From Mobula hypostoma (lineage: Eukaryota): 64,000 bases of DNA. Location: NCBI RefSeq assembly GCF_963921235.1, contig NC_086098.1, positions 7,192,001 to 7,256,000 on the forward strand, written 5' to 3'. Shown here one piece after another: positions 1-11,979 of the stretch. A model generated the notes under the pieces. The model saw only the letters and a list, made by a program, of their open reading frames with translations. It was not told the DNA's origin and ran no database searches. The translations under genes and the position numbers were made by a program. The stretch's first letter is position 1. The number at the start of each line of letters is the position of its first letter.

Positions 1-204
1 AGTTTACGAAAATGTGAGCTGCACAACTTTCAGGCCATGTAAAAATTTCCTGCTCAGAGCAAAGGCTGGTCTCTGAAAGTAAAGGATTAAAAGGAACATG
101 GTTAAGGACATTAGATATCTTGATAAAAATCCCTACAAATTTAATGACACACTGACTGCTATTCTTTAGACTTCGAGTCCACCTAAACCACGTGCGAGGT
201 TTGA

Positions 205-695
205 TCAACCAAAGCGCTGGGCCGATTTGGAAAAGTTGGCTATAGGCCAAGACCAGGCAGTGGGGTCCAGGCCAGGAGCATATCGATGTGACAGGGCCCA
301 GGTCTTTGAGCGAGGAACAACACAATGTTTGGCAGGGCCAGATGGATTGAAAAGGCAAGGTGCTGGGACCAGAGGCGAGGGTCGGGCTGGTTCTGCTGGC
401 TGCTCCATGATGTTTACTCTGCGCTACACTGCACTGAGGCTGAGGCTGAGGGCCTGGTCCGGCTGCTCCGGACTTTGTGTCTGAGGACTCACTTTCATTC
501 TTAATGCTATTTGCTTACTTTTATTGTTAGCAAGATTTGTTTCTCTCTCTCTGAACATTGCGTGTTATTAATCTTTTTTTTATGGGTCTTTTTGGGATGC
601 TCGTTTTGTGGCTGCCTGTAAGGAGACAAATCTCAAGGTTGTGTAATTTATACATACTTTGACAATAAATATACTTTTAACTTTGAAATTTGAAC
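205..695 (+). mobile_element. Non-coding SINE-like element ending in a Rex1/Babar-type 3' tail
   Basis: The 3' end gtggctgcctgtaaggagacaaatctcaaggttgt...tactttgacaataaat...ctttgaa recurs at ~5385-5450 (+) and, in reverse, at ~9915, ~27720 and ~50110. 5' boundary approximate. Confidence 0.45.
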
Positions 696-735
696 AGGAC
701 TCGTTATTTAATCTCTCCAATAATTAGCTAGTTGT

Positions 736-3470
736 GTCAAAGTACGTATATGTCACCATATACTACCCGGAGATTCATTTTCTTGTGGGCATTCACAATG
801 GAACAAAAGAAATAAAATAGCATCATTGAAAAACTACAAAGATTGACAAGTAACTAATGTGCAAAAGACAAACTGTACTAATACAAAAACAAATAATAAT
901 AATAATGTAAATAAATAATATTGAGAACATGAGTTGTAGAGTTATTGAAAGTGAGTTATATTACTCCCCGGTAGCCCCGGTTTGTACTAATAATCATAAA
1001 TCTTTTTTCGTCTTTTTCGTGGTACTAGGCAAGGATGTCCTCTTAGTCCTTTACTATTCAATATCGCCCTTTAGCAATTGCTATCCATGACTCGCCCAAT
1101 ATTTTTGGTACTACCCGCAGAAACAAAATACATAAATTATCACTATATGCAGATGATTTGTTGTTATACATCTCTAATCTGGAGAAGTCAATTCTTGCTA
1201 TTCTAGGTTTGTTGACTCAATTTAGTAATTTTTCTGGTTACAAATTGAATCTTAATAAGTGTGAATTATTCCCCCTAAATAAGCAGGTTCCTATTTATGG
1301 ACGTTTACCATTTAAATTGGTTACTGATTCATTTATATATTTAGGGATAACAATTATGAATAAGTATAAAGATTTATTTAAAGCTAATTTTTTTACCTTT
1401 AATTGATCAGATTAAACTTTTGTTTACTAAATGGTCACCAATCTCTTTGTCTTTGATTGGTCGGATTAATGCTATTAAGATAATAATTTTGCCCAAATTT
1501 CTATATGTATTTCAATCGGTTCCAATTTTTATCCCAAAATCTTTTTTCGATAATGTTGATTCAAAAATTTCCTCATATATATGGCAGAACAAAAATCCTA
1601 GGTTAGGTAAAAGGTATTTACAGAAATCTAAAAAGGAGGGGGGGGCTTGCCCTCCCAAATTTTAGATTCTATTATTGGGCTATTAATATTTGATATTTAA
1701 AATTTTGGTTATGAGATTTGGATGTATCTTTAAATCCACATTGGGTAAATCTTGAATGTAATTCATTACAAGGGTTTTCTTTGGGTTCGATTTTAGGAAC
1801 TTCGCTTCCTTTTACTTCTTCTAAATTCTATAAACAAATGAATAATCCAATAGTTAAGCATACTTTACGTATATGGTTTCAATTCCAAAGATTTTTCGGG
1901 TTTAATCAATTTATCTTAGCAAGTCCTATTATATCTAATTTCTTTTTTCAACCTTCCACTATGGATCAAGCTTACTTTGAATGGAAAACCAAAGGTATAA
2001 TACGTTTTCGTGATTTATTTTTGGAGAATTGTTTTATGTCTTTTGATCAACTTTCTAATAAATATAACTTACCCAGATCTCACTTTTTTAGATATCTACA
2101 GATTAGAAACTTTTTAATTACTGCTTCTCCTAATTTTCCACACCCATATCCAATGGATACTTTGGAAATAATTTTAGATTTAAATCTTTCTCAGAAAAGT
2201 GTTGTAGCAATTTTATATATAATATAATTATAAATTTATGTCCTGATGTTTCCAATAAAATTAAAGCTGATTGGGAAAGAGAACTTAAGATTATTATACC
2301 GATTGAAAAATGGGAAAAAATTCTTCAATTGGTTAACTCATCCTCTATATGTGCTAAACATATGTTGATACAGTTTAAAGTAGTGCACAGGACTCATATG
2401 TCCAAAGATAAACTATCTCGTTATTATTCTTATCCAATATGTTATTTCAAGAAGGCTTCTTTAACTCACATGTTTTGGTCATGTCCTCTGTTGGAACAAT
2501 ATTGGAAAGATATTTTTGACATTATTTCAATGGTTTTGAATATAGATTTACAACCTCATCCAATTACTGCTATCTTTGGATTACCAATGATAGATTCAAA
2601 TTATTTAACCTCTTCAGCATGCAGGATGATTGCATTTCTTACTTTAATGGCCAGAAGATCCATTCTGCTGAATTGGAAAGAGATTAACCCTCCTACTGTA
2701 TTTCATTGGTTTTCACAAACTATGGTGTGTTTGAATTTAGAAAAAATTGGAAGTGCGGTTTATGACCCTTCCATTAGATTTGAAAAATATTGGAGGCCAT
2801 TCATTCAGCATTTTCATTTGATGTAACTTGACCATTTCCAAACTTATTTTATTTCTCTGTACTGTTGGTTGAGAGGAATGGAGTCATCGACACTAAGGTT
2901 TTGTTATTTCCCATTTTTAAGTTGTTAGAATTGCCCAAGTCTTTTAGTTTAGTTGACTAATTCTGTTTAGTTTAGTTTTTTGGGGGGATGGGTTTTTTTT
3001 TCTTTTTTTTTTCTTTTTCATGATTTTTCTCAGTTTTTTTTTTGTCCTGTATTATTTATTGTTATTCTACACGATTGGGAGCTTTGTCAATTTATACTAT
3101 TTGGTCTTACAATTACTCATTTTAAGTGCAACAATGTATCCCCTACTATTTGTATTATTGCTATGTTATGTTTTCATTCTATGAAATTAATAAAAAGATT
3201 GAAAAAGAAAGAAAGAAAGTGAGTCTGTAGGTTGTGGAATCAGCTGAGTGTTGGGATGAGTGAAGTTACCCACTCTGGTTCAAGCTCCTGACTGTTGAAG
3301 GGTAATAACTGTTTCTGAACCTGGTGGTGCGGACTCAGGGTTCCTGTACCTGCTTCCCAATGGCATCAGAGGGCAAGGCTTGGTTGGTTGGGGTTGTTGA
3401 TGACGGGCACTGCTTTCTTGTGGCAGTGCTTTCTGTAGCCATACTCAGTAGTGGGGAGGGCCAGGTACTG
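736..3470 (-). mobile_element. Rex1/Babar-like LINE 3' remnant, split by the L1 insertion
   Basis: 736-956 and 3215-3470 join into one sequence homologous to uninterrupted copies at ~27480-27720 and ~50110-50400. 3280-3430 is the reverse complement of the TTRFRNSYYPST-type C-terminus. Confidence 0.65.
957..3214 (+). mobile_element. 5'-truncated, frameshifted L1-clade LINE (ORF2 RT to C-terminus, 3' UTR)
   Basis: RGTRQGCPLSPLLF (~1018-1060), YADDLLLY, SGYKLNLNK, HMFWSCP C-terminal motif. AATAAA at 3189-3194, (GAAA)n tail, 10-bp TSD gaaagtgagt at 947-956 and 3215-3224. Confidence 0.9.
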
Positions 3471-4356
3471 GGGAAACTTGAGCAAAATTCCATTTCATAA
3501 ATTAGATTAGATTAGTTAGATAATTAACACAATAGCTTGTTGAAATGAAGAGAAACTCCACATAAAGTAGCTCTATGTTTACATTGCAGTGAAACCTCAG
3601 TGGCATTACAATGGCCAATTTCCTGTATTAAGGCACAAGGGATGAAAAGTTACTTGTTCACATACCAATGGCCAATTACCACCAGTGATACACAATATCT
3701 CAGTGACTTGTTGGGATGAAAAGAGAGATCATGACATGATTGAAATCCAGGATAAAATTGGCTTTTTAAATGCAGCTGAATTTCATATCCCATGGAGTAG
3801 GCTTCATAAAAACATCAATCATGAGATACTCAAGTGTAAAAAGGCAAGTTGTGGTTAGAGGCCTACTTTTCTGATTGGCATAGAAACTGACAGAGGCCAT
3901 ATTCCTGGCTGTCAATCAGTCATGTAACACACACATATGACACACACTTACTCTGCTCCTTGGTGCTCAATTATCATTCATTCTTTCTGTCATGTCCATC
4001 AAATTAAACAAGATGCCTTTTTTCCTTTATCTTTTCTTTTAACTATTTCGTTAGTAGTAATGTGATTATTTTGTTGTATTTAAAAAAAAAGTACAGCTAG
4101 CGATTCTTTGCTTTTCGAAACTACTGCCATCCAGTTCACACTTGCCGAAGGCAGGCCAATTTGTGACAGTTAGATTTTAGCAAGAAGAGGGGGTCTCATC
4201 GGTGAGAGAACCAACCAAAACTGCATCATTCCAGCTCCATTTAATTTGGTGCTGGGCAGCAGCAGATGGAAGTTAAAACAATGAAATGACATTTATTGAG
4301 GGGAAGCCTCCAGGCTAGAGAGGACACAATTAGAAGGGGGAGAGAGGGATATTATT

Positions 4357-4745
4357 AGAACATTGAACAGTATAGCAGAGGAATAGGCCATTCATTCCAC
4401 TGTGTGCTGAACCAGTTAAAAAACAAATCAAAAACACCCAAACACCAATCCCTCCTACCTACACAAGGTCCACATCCCTCCATCTTCCTCACATTCATGT
4501 GCCTATCCAAACATCTCTTAAAAGTCTCTTATGTATTTGCTCTATCACACCATACCAGGCAGCACATTCCAGGCATCCACCACTCTGAGTTAGAAAAAAA
4601 CTTACCCCTCACATCCCCCTCTCACCTTCAGTGCTGGCCCTCTGGTATTAGATATTTCAACCCTGGGAAACAGAAACCTTCTGCCTACTCTATCAATGCC
4701 TCTCATAATCTTATAAACCTGTATCAAATCTCCCCTCAGCTTCTA
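4357..4745 (-). mobile_element. CR1 LINE 3' fragment (old)
   Basis: Reverse complement of the CR1 ORF2 C-terminus and 3' UTR seen in many other copies in this window. Confidence 0.7.
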
Positions 4746-5004
4746 TCTCTCAGAAAGAGGATAAGCTTAGGTGTGGACAGAGGCCAAAACGAGATACGTG
4801 AGCAAATCGGAAAGACATCTCCACTCCAATCACTTCCATCATCAACTTCTTCTGGCCAAGCTAATGTCCACAGTAATGACAAACTCTAGAGGTTCTGTAG
4901 ATGCAGGAAATCCAGAGCAATGCAATCAAAATTGGAGACCTTGATGGACCAACTTGTCCATGAAAGTGTCAAGCAGGTTTAAAATGAAAGAGGACAAGAG
5001 TGGG

Positions 5005-5450
5005 TGGTGAGTGGATGTTCAGTGCCGTCTTCCTGCATTTGACTGGTCTCCCTCGCCCTCTCACTCACTGCTACTAGAGGAAGGTGCAGGGCAAGGATTG
5101 ATCAGCACGGTTTGTGGATTGGACTCTGCAGTTCATGGCATGTGCGTTTCTGGTTAATCTTTTTTTTATTGCTATTTTGTGTGATTTTGATCCGGGTAAC
5201 ACAGTGCTAAACTGAACTGTACTACTCTGAACATTACTGGACTGTTTCAAGGACTCTGTGGTTTGATGTTTAATGTTCCACGTTATTCACCCGTGCTTTG
5301 CTGTTTGTGTGATTTGATTTTTTTTTCTGTGCTGGGTGTTTGATGTTTTTCTTTGACTGGATTCCATGGTGGTTATTTGCTTCATGGCTGCCTGCAGGAA
5401 GACGAATCTCAGGGTTGTATACTTTGATAATAAATGCACTTCGAATCTAT
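5005..5450 (+). mobile_element. SINE-like element with Rex-type tail (related to 205-695)
   Basis: Tail atggctgcctgcaggaagacgaatctcagggttgtatactttgataataaatgcacttcgaa. Confidence 0.45.
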
Positions 5451-6380
5451 GAAAAAGCTGGAGGTCAGGCAGCATCTATGGAGGGGAATAAGGTCAGAAT
5501 TGCATTCTGTCATTTCTTATCTGACATCACAAATACATCTAATCACAGACTCCTGTAATTTAAATTTGATTTATTATTGTCACATATGCTGAGATACAGT
5601 GAAAAACGTCTTGCGAAGTGTTTGAAGGGCTCAAATTACACAGCGTTTTGAGGTAGAACAAGGTAAAACAAAAACAGAAAGCAGAACAAAGTGTAGCAGC
5701 TACAGGGAAGGAGCAGTGTAGTGAAAATCAAAGTAAATTTTTAGAGATATTTACATAGTCGGAGTTATAGAACACCACAGCACAGAAACAGGCCCTTCAG
5801 CCCATTTACTCTGTGCAAAACCATTAATCTGCCTAGCTCGATTGACCTGCACCTGCACCATAGCCCTCCATTCCCTCCCATCCAGGTACCTCTCCAATTT
5901 TCTTTAAAGTGTTGAAATCAAACTCACATCCGCCATTTCTGTTTGCAGCTTGGAATTTATTATCCATGTACATATATGTCACCATGTACTATTTCCAATT
6001 CATTTTCTTGCAGGCATTGATAAAGAAATACAACAAAACTTAGGAAAAATTATCCACCTGAAGACTGACAAACAAGGTAAAATGATGCAAGATTATGAGG
6101 TAGATGATGAGGTCAAGAGCCCATGTTATGGTACAGTGGAGTGATGGAGCAGTGAGGTAGAAGCTGTCTATGACAGCATAGGAAGGGAACTCCGAACTCC
6201 AAAAGTCCCCAAGCTGTAATAGTGCCCCAAAAAACAAAAACATCTGCAGTTTTACCATCAGACTAACTACTAACTACCTACAGATATTTATGAATGATTG
6301 ACAAATGGATTATACATCTTCTTTTGTCCTATTTGAATTTTAAAAGCACAATGTTAATGGAACATGTTCATATCCATTCG

Positions 6381-6908
6381 AAAGCCTGGTTTATACTTCT
6401 GCATTAACTCGACTCCGTAACCTACGCAAGTGGCCTACGCACGTTGTGAGCATTTTACTTGTGCGTTGGTGTGTCTGCGTCGCTCTGCAATTCGCGCACG
6501 TCACACATGCACACTCACCTGCCCACGCAAGGCTTCATGGTCATGGTAGTCTTTCTCAAGGCAAACAAGCTTAAAGCGAGCGTCTTTTTTCGTAAAAACG
6601 AAATGTGTCCTCCATAATTTCGGAGGTCTGGAAAGCTTTATGGAAAGCATTGCAGCCCGAGTTCCTTCCCTGCCCTTCAGTCGCCCAATGGGAAGCTATT
6701 GCAGCGTAGGAAGAAATGCGATGCTATCAAGCGGACCAATCACAGCTGTTGCGTTCTGCATTGCCGTGATGTGCGGTTACATTTTGGGAGAGGTGCGCGT
6801 CGCAGCAACGCAGGCTCTCACTTAGGGTTCCGCGTCGGCTTTGCATAGATTTTGCGGTGACGCAGAACTTATGGCGACACGTTGACGCAGAAGTATAAAC
6901 CAGGCTTT
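6381..6908. mobile_element. MITE, probably PIF/Harbinger-type
   Basis: Perfect 22-bp terminal inverted repeats aaagcctggtttatacttctgc (6381-6402) and gcagaagtataaaccaggcttt (6887-6908). No transposase ORF, CpG-rich interior, TTA at the right end but no matching left TWA. Confidence 0.8.
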
Positions 6909-6994
6909 AGGGTTTTTTGATGTTGTCTATTTGCTGCGAATTTATCTATTAACATCTAGGCTGGACACTCCACAAAGATCTCCACATTCATCTA

Positions 6995-9466
6995 CATGAA
7001 TGGTATGTGTCGTCACGCCACCACATCGTATGTGCATGCCCCGTGAAAGTGAAAACAAAACTAGAGCACACATTAGTTCCCCTGGCTCTGTGTTTTTCTT
7101 TCAATTAGTTTTATGTTTTGAAGTTACAAAACAGAGTGGCAATGAGTAAGGTTTAAAATGAACCCAAGGTAACTACCTACCTGTTGAAGTGCAGTGCATT
7201 CTCTTTGCTCCTTGCAAAGAAAGAGAGAGATGTTTGAGTTTAAAAAAAATGCAAAACATGTTTTTTTCCTTCAGAAGCTCAGCAAGACAATCCGGTTAAA
7301 AAGGCAGAAAATGAATGAAATTCCGGGATGATGAACAGTGAGCATTGGGTAATAATAATAATAAATAAACTATGAGCAGAAAAGGCTGACTTCAGTAAGG
7401 CCTTTGACAAGGTTCCACACGGAAGGTTAGTTAGGAAAGTTCAATCGTTAGGCATTAATATGGAAGTAGTTAAATGGATTCAGCAGTGGCTGGATGGGAG
7501 ACGCCAGAGAGTAGTGGTAGATAACCATGTGTCAGATTGGAGAACGGTGTGTAGTGATGTGCCTCAGGGATCTGTACTGGGTCCAATGTTGTTTGTCATA
7601 TATATTGATGATCTGGATGATGGGGTGGTAAATTGGATTAGTAAGTATGCAGATGATACTAAGATAGGTGGTGTTGTGGATGATGAGGTAGGTTTTCAAA
7701 GCATGCAGAGAGATTTAGGCCAGTTAGAAGAGTGGGCTGAAAGATGGCAGGTGGAGTTTAATGCTGAAAAATGTGAGGTGCTACATTTTGGTAGGACTAA
7801 TCAAAATAGGACGTACATGGTAAATGGTAGGGCATTGAAGAATGCTGTAGAACAGAGGGATCTAGGAATAATGGTGCATAGTTCCCTGAAGGTGGAATCT
7901 CATGTGGATAGGGTGGTGAAGAAAGCTTTTGGTATGCTGGCCTTTATTGATCAGAGCATTGAGTATAGGAGTTGGGTTGTAATACTGAAATTGTATAAGG
8001 CATTGGTAAGGCCAAATTTGGAGTATTGTGTACAGTGCTGGTCACTGAATTATAGGAAAGATGTCAATAAAATTGAGAGAGTACAGAGGAGGTTTACTAA
8101 AATGTTGCCTGGGTTTCATCTCCTAAGTTACAGAGAAAGGTCGAACAAGTTAGGTCTTTATTCTTTGGAGCGTAGAAGGTTGAGGGGGGACTTGACAGAG
8201 GTGTTTAAAATTATGAGGGGGATTGATAGAGTTGATGTGGATAGGCTTTTTCCATTGAGAGTGGGGAAGATTCAAACAAGAGGACATGAATTGAGAGTTA
8301 AAGGACAAAAGTTTAGGGTAACATGAGGGGGAACTTCTTTACTCATAGAGTGGTGGCTGTGTGGAATGAGCTTCCAACAGAAGTGGTTGAGGAACGTACG
8401 ATGTTGTTGTTTAAGGTTAAATTTGATAGCTATATGGACAGGAAAGGAATGGAGGGTTATGGGCTGAGTGCAGGTCGGTGGGACTAGGAGGGCCGAGATG
8501 GCCTGTTTCCATGCTGTAATTGTTATATGGTTATACATCAGAAAGATAGATACATTCACAACAGATAACTGGTTGTTGTATACTGAGCAAATTGAACAGG
8601 ACTTGGGAGCAAATGAAAAAGCCAATGCAAAACAAGTGCTAGTTTTGTTGAGTGCATTAGGTGGAAAAGCATACAATTTGCTTCGAAGTTTAACTTCAAC
8701 CAAACCAGCTGAAATGTGCTTGCTGATATTGTGAAAAGAATGCAGGAGCATTTAGAACCAAAACCATTGCTAATCGTTGAACGCTTTAGCTTTAATAAGC
8801 CGAATCAAAAGAGAGGGGAGTCTATTTCATTGTACATGGTTGAATTGAAGAGATTGTCTGAACAGTGTCAAATCAATGATGGGGTTAATGATGCACTGAG
8901 AGATGGGTTACTTTGTGGAGTCTTGCAAGAAAAAGCTTCTAAATGAAGCAAAACTCACATTTAAAAGAGCAGTTGAAATCACTATATCAATGAAACAGCA
9001 GACAGATGCAATTGAGTTGCAGTCAGAAATGAAAGTTAGTGTAAACAAAATTGCAATGTCTAAAACAGAAACCTGCCTGGCTGAATAATTTGTGTTATTG
9101 TTGTGTCAGGGGCTCACAAACACCCCACCCACAAGGTGTGAGAAAGAAAACATATGTATGTACGTGTATATGTTTCTTTTTTTTTGTTGAGATGCATTCC
9201 CTATTGAGTTGGAGTTTATATTAAACAAGGAGGAGTGTTGCGTATTTAATATTTCAAAAATATTTGATTAATATTGTAAATTATTGTTAAAGCATTCTTT
9301 GTTTATATAGTTAATCACAGATTATATGTGAAAGTACTGTACGTGAATGGCACATGTCATCACTTTGTATGCACACAAGTAAAAACAAAACTTGAGTGCA
9401 CACATCATTCACAACTTCATGGTTTTTTTTCCAATTAGTTTTATGTTTTGAAGTTATAAAACAACA
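6995..9466 (+). mobile_element. Internally deleted Gypsy LTR retrotransposon (gag only)
   Basis: Partial 5' LTR ending ~7133, then PBS-like tggcaatgag (7137-7146). Gag remnants YIRKIDTF...LLSALGGKAYNLLRSL, HLEPKPLLIVERFSF, DALRDGLLCG (8534-9120). Polypurine tract aaggaggag, then 3' LTR tgttg...caaca (9236-9466). Both LTRs share caattagttttatgttttgaagtta. Confidence 0.8.
7388..8533 (+). mobile_element. 5'-truncated CR1 LINE inserted at the start of the Gypsy gag
   Basis: DFSKAFDKV, VPQGSVLGP, KYADDTK, RPNLEYCVQ in ORF 7460-8326. gttatatg-type tail. Confidence 0.9.
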
Positions 9467-11317
9467 GTCTCTACTGCTACATTTCACATTATGTCACTTC
9501 TGGGCCTGTTGGAGATAAACTGTTGCAGATATATTCCAATAAGAGCTCAAAAAATCCTTTAACATTGTATCATGATTTTTGATTTCAATCTCCAACATAT
9601 CCTAATGTTCCTGAAAGAAAATCTATCAAAAGTGCTGGCAAAGAGAATACCAACATTTCTAGGTTATGATATCTGAGAATATTATGAAGTAATAAGATGT
9701 TGTCAATTCACTAAATTTCTGTGTTATCACTGGTGTGGATCCCTATAACTCTAAATAAAATTCTCTTCTAAATCTTCAAAATTACTTTAGGACACACACA
9801 CACACTCAGTGTCCACTTTATTAGGTACATTTCTACCTCCTAATCATTAATACAAATATCTAATCAACCAGTCATGCGGCAGCAACTCAATGCATAAAAA
9901 CATGCAGACTTGGTCAAAGGTTCATTAAGTATCAAAGTATACAATTGAAATTCTTCACAAATCGGGGCAGCCATCAAACTAAGAAAGTCAAGGCAGGCAG
10001 CACAGTCATCAACCCACAAATCCCATCTCCCCACAAAGCAAAGCAAACAAAAACAGATAGATACATCAATCGCCAAATCCCTCCTCCCGCAAAAAAAAAC
10101 AAGCAAAATGGATCAGGAATATTGACTCCCAAGTCCCTCCTCCCGCACAAAAACCGAACAAAACTGATCAGACACATTGATCCCCAAATTCCTCCACCTG
10201 CACAAAAAAATGAACAAAATAGATCAGGCACATCAACTCCCAAAACCCACTCCCCGCACAAAAAATAACTGAGAAGATTGGGTGTGTAAAAGAAATCACA
10301 CAAAATATAAAAGCCGTAAGACTGAAAGAAAAGAGTCTGTAGTCCAAAGTCCAAATCCAAAATGCAGAAAAAACCTGGACAACATTCTCCGTAGTGGCAG
10401 GGTTTCTCCTTTCTGGTACAGAGCAGTCGATCAAAAGACAGGCAGCTGGCGTTCATGCTCTGCACTCACTTCAAACAAAAAAACAAAAAAACAAAACATC
10501 GCTTTAATTAGTGAACAATGGAAGCTTTAATAGGTGAAATGGAGCCAAACATTGGTCTGTGCCCCGCACTGAAGCCTGCCCGCTATGAGGTTCACGCATA
10601 CTGCCTCTACCTCTTGGTCTTGGAATCCCCTCAGACACTGCAGAACGCTGGAACACCCAAACGATTTCCAAACTTCTGCATTTGCCTTGATGTTTCAATT
10701 GTCCTGGTCGCTTTAATCGGCAGACAATGGCAGCTTTAATCAGCAGAATGGGATCAAACATCGGCTTACGCGGCATACCGCCGCCTCCTCACCGTAGGGT
10801 TCATTCACGCTGCCTGTGCTTCCCAGAATCCTCTCGGAGAATGCAGAGCACTGAAGCATCCAAACAATCTCCAAGTAGTGAAACTGTCAGGGCGCTGAAG
10901 CAGAGACCCAATTGCAGACGGAGTACTGTGCGCACTGTGATACTTACTGAGTAGCAAATCCAGAGGGGCAACAAAGTCAGCATCAAAGTTCAGGCAGAAA
11001 TCCAAAAACCAGAATCGGGAAACAAGCAGGGTCGGTATTCAGATGGACAGAGTACAGATACAAATGCTGGAAAGGCTCAGGAAAACTCACTGGCACAATC
11101 TGGCAACAAACAGGTGAAAACACAGGACTGAAATACACTGAGAATAAACAGAGAGGCAGATGATAGGTGGAGCACGATGAGACACAGGTGGCAGCAAAAC
11201 AGGTAATAATGAGAAACAGGTGAGAGACGGAGAACTCAGTAATACAGGGGCCGGAGTGGAGCAGGAGCAGGGACAGGAGCACATGGGGCATGAAAACAAA
11301 CAAGAGCACATGACAAT

Positions 11318-11893
11318 GGCCTTGGTGAGACCACACCTGGAGTATTGTGTGCAGTTTTGGTCCCCTAATCTGAGGAAAGACATCCTTGCCATAGAGGGAG
11401 TACAAAGAAGGTTCACCAGATTGATTCCTGGGATGGCAGGTCTTTCATATGAAGAAAGACTGGATGAACTGGGCTTGTACTCGTTGGAATTTAGAAGATT
11501 GAGGGGGGATCTGATTGAAACGTATAAGATCCTAAAGGGATTGGACAGGCTAGATGCGGGAAGATTGTTCCCGATGTTGGGGAGGTCTAGAACGAGGGGT
11601 CACAGTTTGAGGATAGAGGGGAAGCCTTTTAGGACCGAGGTTAGGAAAAACTTCTTCACACAGAGAGTGGTGAATCTGTGGAATTCTCTGCCACAGCAAA
11701 CTGTTGAGGCCAGTTCATTAGCTATGTTTAAAAGGAAGTTAGATATGGCCCTTGTGGCTACAGGGGTCAGGGGGTATGGAGGGAAGGCTGGGTTCTGAGT
11801 TGGATGATCAGCCATGATCATAATAAATGGCGGTGCAGGCTCGAAGGGCCGAATGGCCTACTCCTGCACCTATTTTCTATGTTTCTATGTTTT
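11318..11893 (+). mobile_element. Young CR1 3' fragment inside the chromovirus 3' LTR
   Basis: ALVRPHLEYCVQFWSP...; (ctatgttt)n tail. TSD aat at 11315-11317 / 11894-11896. The empty site catgacaatacaaaacc is visible in the other LTR (~19037-19053). Confidence 0.92.
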
Positions 11894-11979
11894 AATACAA
11901 AACCACAGACTGATGGCCAGGGAGAAAACACACAAAAAGACAAAGTTCAACTGGAGGTATTGACAGTAACATCCTCCCC

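Noticed and set aside
3480..4350. Repeat-free island as a conserved enhancer
   Set aside because: Cannot be supported without cross-species alignment; no diagnostic feature is visible.
4404..4889. 161-aa ORF
   Set aside because: Mostly antisense CR1 tail running into unique sequence; no recognisable domain or convincing splice sites.
9990..10270. ~60-bp imperfect repeats resembling an array
   Set aside because: Degenerate internal tandem repeats of a SINE-like element, with a single unit in the sister copy at ~27800; no unique spacers.
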